IMG/VR virus record: IMGVR_UViG_3300037851_000418
Span: 1 to 45,410 of that record
Direction: 5' to 3' (one strand)
Source: a virus
Taxonomy: Duplodnaviria > Caudoviricetes
DNA length: 45,410 nt
The notes under the pieces are model-generated. The model did not search any database, was not told the DNA's origin, and saw only the letters and a program-made list of their open reading frames with translations. Shown in pieces: positions 44,585 to 45,410 of the stretch; positions within the stretch are counted from its first letter, which is position 1, and each line of letters starts with the position of its first letter. The translations under genes were made by a program, and so were the position numbers.

Positions 44585-45193
44585 ATGGGCGAAGAGATTC
44601 GCGCTGGACTGAGCGTCGACCTGAGCGCCGTCGGGGGCCAACTCTCCCAGGTGGACGCGAAGGTCCTCCAGGCGGACCAGAAGACGGCGGGGATCAAGCA
44701 GGCCGTCGCGCGCCTCCAGGCCAGCCTCAAGATCGCGCAGACGCAGGCGACGGAGCTGGACCGCACGACAAGCCGCATCGAGAGCAGGCTCACGAGGGCG
44801 GGGATCAAGACCGGGATCGCCTACGGAGTCGGGACGATCGTTTCCGAGTTCGGCATCCCCGAGGCGGCCCAGCCGATCGCGCACATCGGGACGGCGGCGG
44901 TCTCGGGCGCCATGTTCGGGGGCCCCTGGGGCGCGGCTGGATTCGCGACGCTTGCGACGGTCCGGGAACTCTTCCAGGCCGTGAAGCGTCTCGACGAGCG
45001 GATCGAGAAGGCGCAGGCCGAGGTCATCTTGAATCGCCGCAAGGTCGAGGAAATCCTGGCGAGGCGGGAGAGGGAGGCGCAGGAGAGGCAGCGCCGGCTT
45101 GACGACAGGATCGCCGTCGCGCGGGTCCAGGCCGAACAAGACGCGATGAACTGGTATCACGAGCGCATCCGTAGCCTGATGGAGCCTCAATAA
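44585..45193 (+). CDS. Short tape-measure-like protein
   Basis: 202 aa; EEIRAGLSVDL N-terminus, coiled coil, Gly/Ala hydrophobic core (GAMFGGPWGAAG), C-terminal coiled coil; canonical TMP position. Confidence 0.65.
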   Translation: MGEEIRAGLSVDLSAVGGQLSQVDAKVLQADQKTAGIKQAVARLQASLKIAQTQATELDRTTSRIESRLTRAGIKTGIAYGVGTIVSEFGIPEAAQPIAHIGTAAVSGAMFGGPWGAAGFATLATVRELFQAVKRLDERIEKAQAEVILNRRKVEEILARREREAQERQRRLDDRIAVARVQAEQDAMNWYHERIRSLMEPQ

Positions 45194-45410
45194 CATGGGC
45201 TGGAGCGTAATCCTCGGAGAAGGCGCGACCGCCGTCACGTTCGACGCGAATATGCGGTTCGACAGCGCCTTCAAGGCCAACCTCAACGAGAACGGCGACA
45301 TCGAGAGCGTGGACTATCTCTTCGACGTCGAGGGCATCCTCGTCGATCCGACTCCCGCGACCGTCGGCGCCGGCCTCGTGACGTACTCGGAGCTCGTGAC
45401 CGAGCAGACC
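45157..45410 (+). repeat. Terminal direct repeat, copy 2
   Basis: Matches 1-254 with one substitution. Confidence 0.97.

Larger units (their letters stand above)
1..45156. mobile_element. Complete circular temperate tailed phage genome (lambda-like head module)
   Basis: Terminal overlap; terminase, portal, protease, MCP, tail, replication and recombinase modules all present; no host housekeeping genes. Confidence 0.93.

Noticed and set aside
1-45410. Many long alternative-frame and antisense ORFs (e.g. 1303-2850, 3904-5526, 29530-31326, 36813-38264)
   Set aside because: Shadow ORFs of high-GC coding sequence; Arg/Pro/Gly-rich, no motifs, fully overlapping better-supported genes.
45157-45410. 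254-bp repeat as a biological terminal repeat or att site
   Set aside because: It cuts through tail genes at the contig ends; the GpA terminase and cosQ-like site point to cos packaging, so it is an assembly overlap.

Overview
The window is an apparently complete, circularly assembled genome of a high-GC temperate tailed phage. The unit length is 45,156 bp: bases 1-254 recur at 45157-45410 with one mismatch. Nearly all genes are on the + strand. Early module (15.1-28.5 kb): PD-(D/E)XK exonuclease, putative annealing protein, SMC/Rad50-like ATPase, C5 methyltransferase, PolX-like protein, a second minimal tyrosine recombinase, PAPS-reductase-like protein, XRE regulator, and a replication initiator with an internal ori. 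Packaging and head module (lambda-like): cosQ-like site, EndoVII nuclease, Nu1-like/GpA terminase, Ogr-like activator, gpW-like protein, portal, S49 protease with nested scaffold, decoration protein, MCP. The tail module has a very short tape-measure candidate, four glycosyltransferases and a beta-helix spike. The lysis cassette has no recognisable endolysin, and a divergent XerC/D-like recombinase follows it. Most notable: (1) an antisense, independently promoted membrane protein (1061-1381) that is 32/60 identical to the C-terminus of the phage's own tape-measure candidate, a possible TMP-decoy superinfection-exclusion system; (2) three related boundary sites (GATTACTAA-like core) that delimit two low-GC single-gene cassettes next to a catalytic-domain-only tyrosine recombinase, a possible integron-like gene-capture system; (3) a four-gene glycosylation cluster inside the tail operon; (4) structured RNA leaders and CsrA-type hairpins where a cI/cro switch would be expected. 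All product calls come from reading motifs and gene order by eye. No database search was run.
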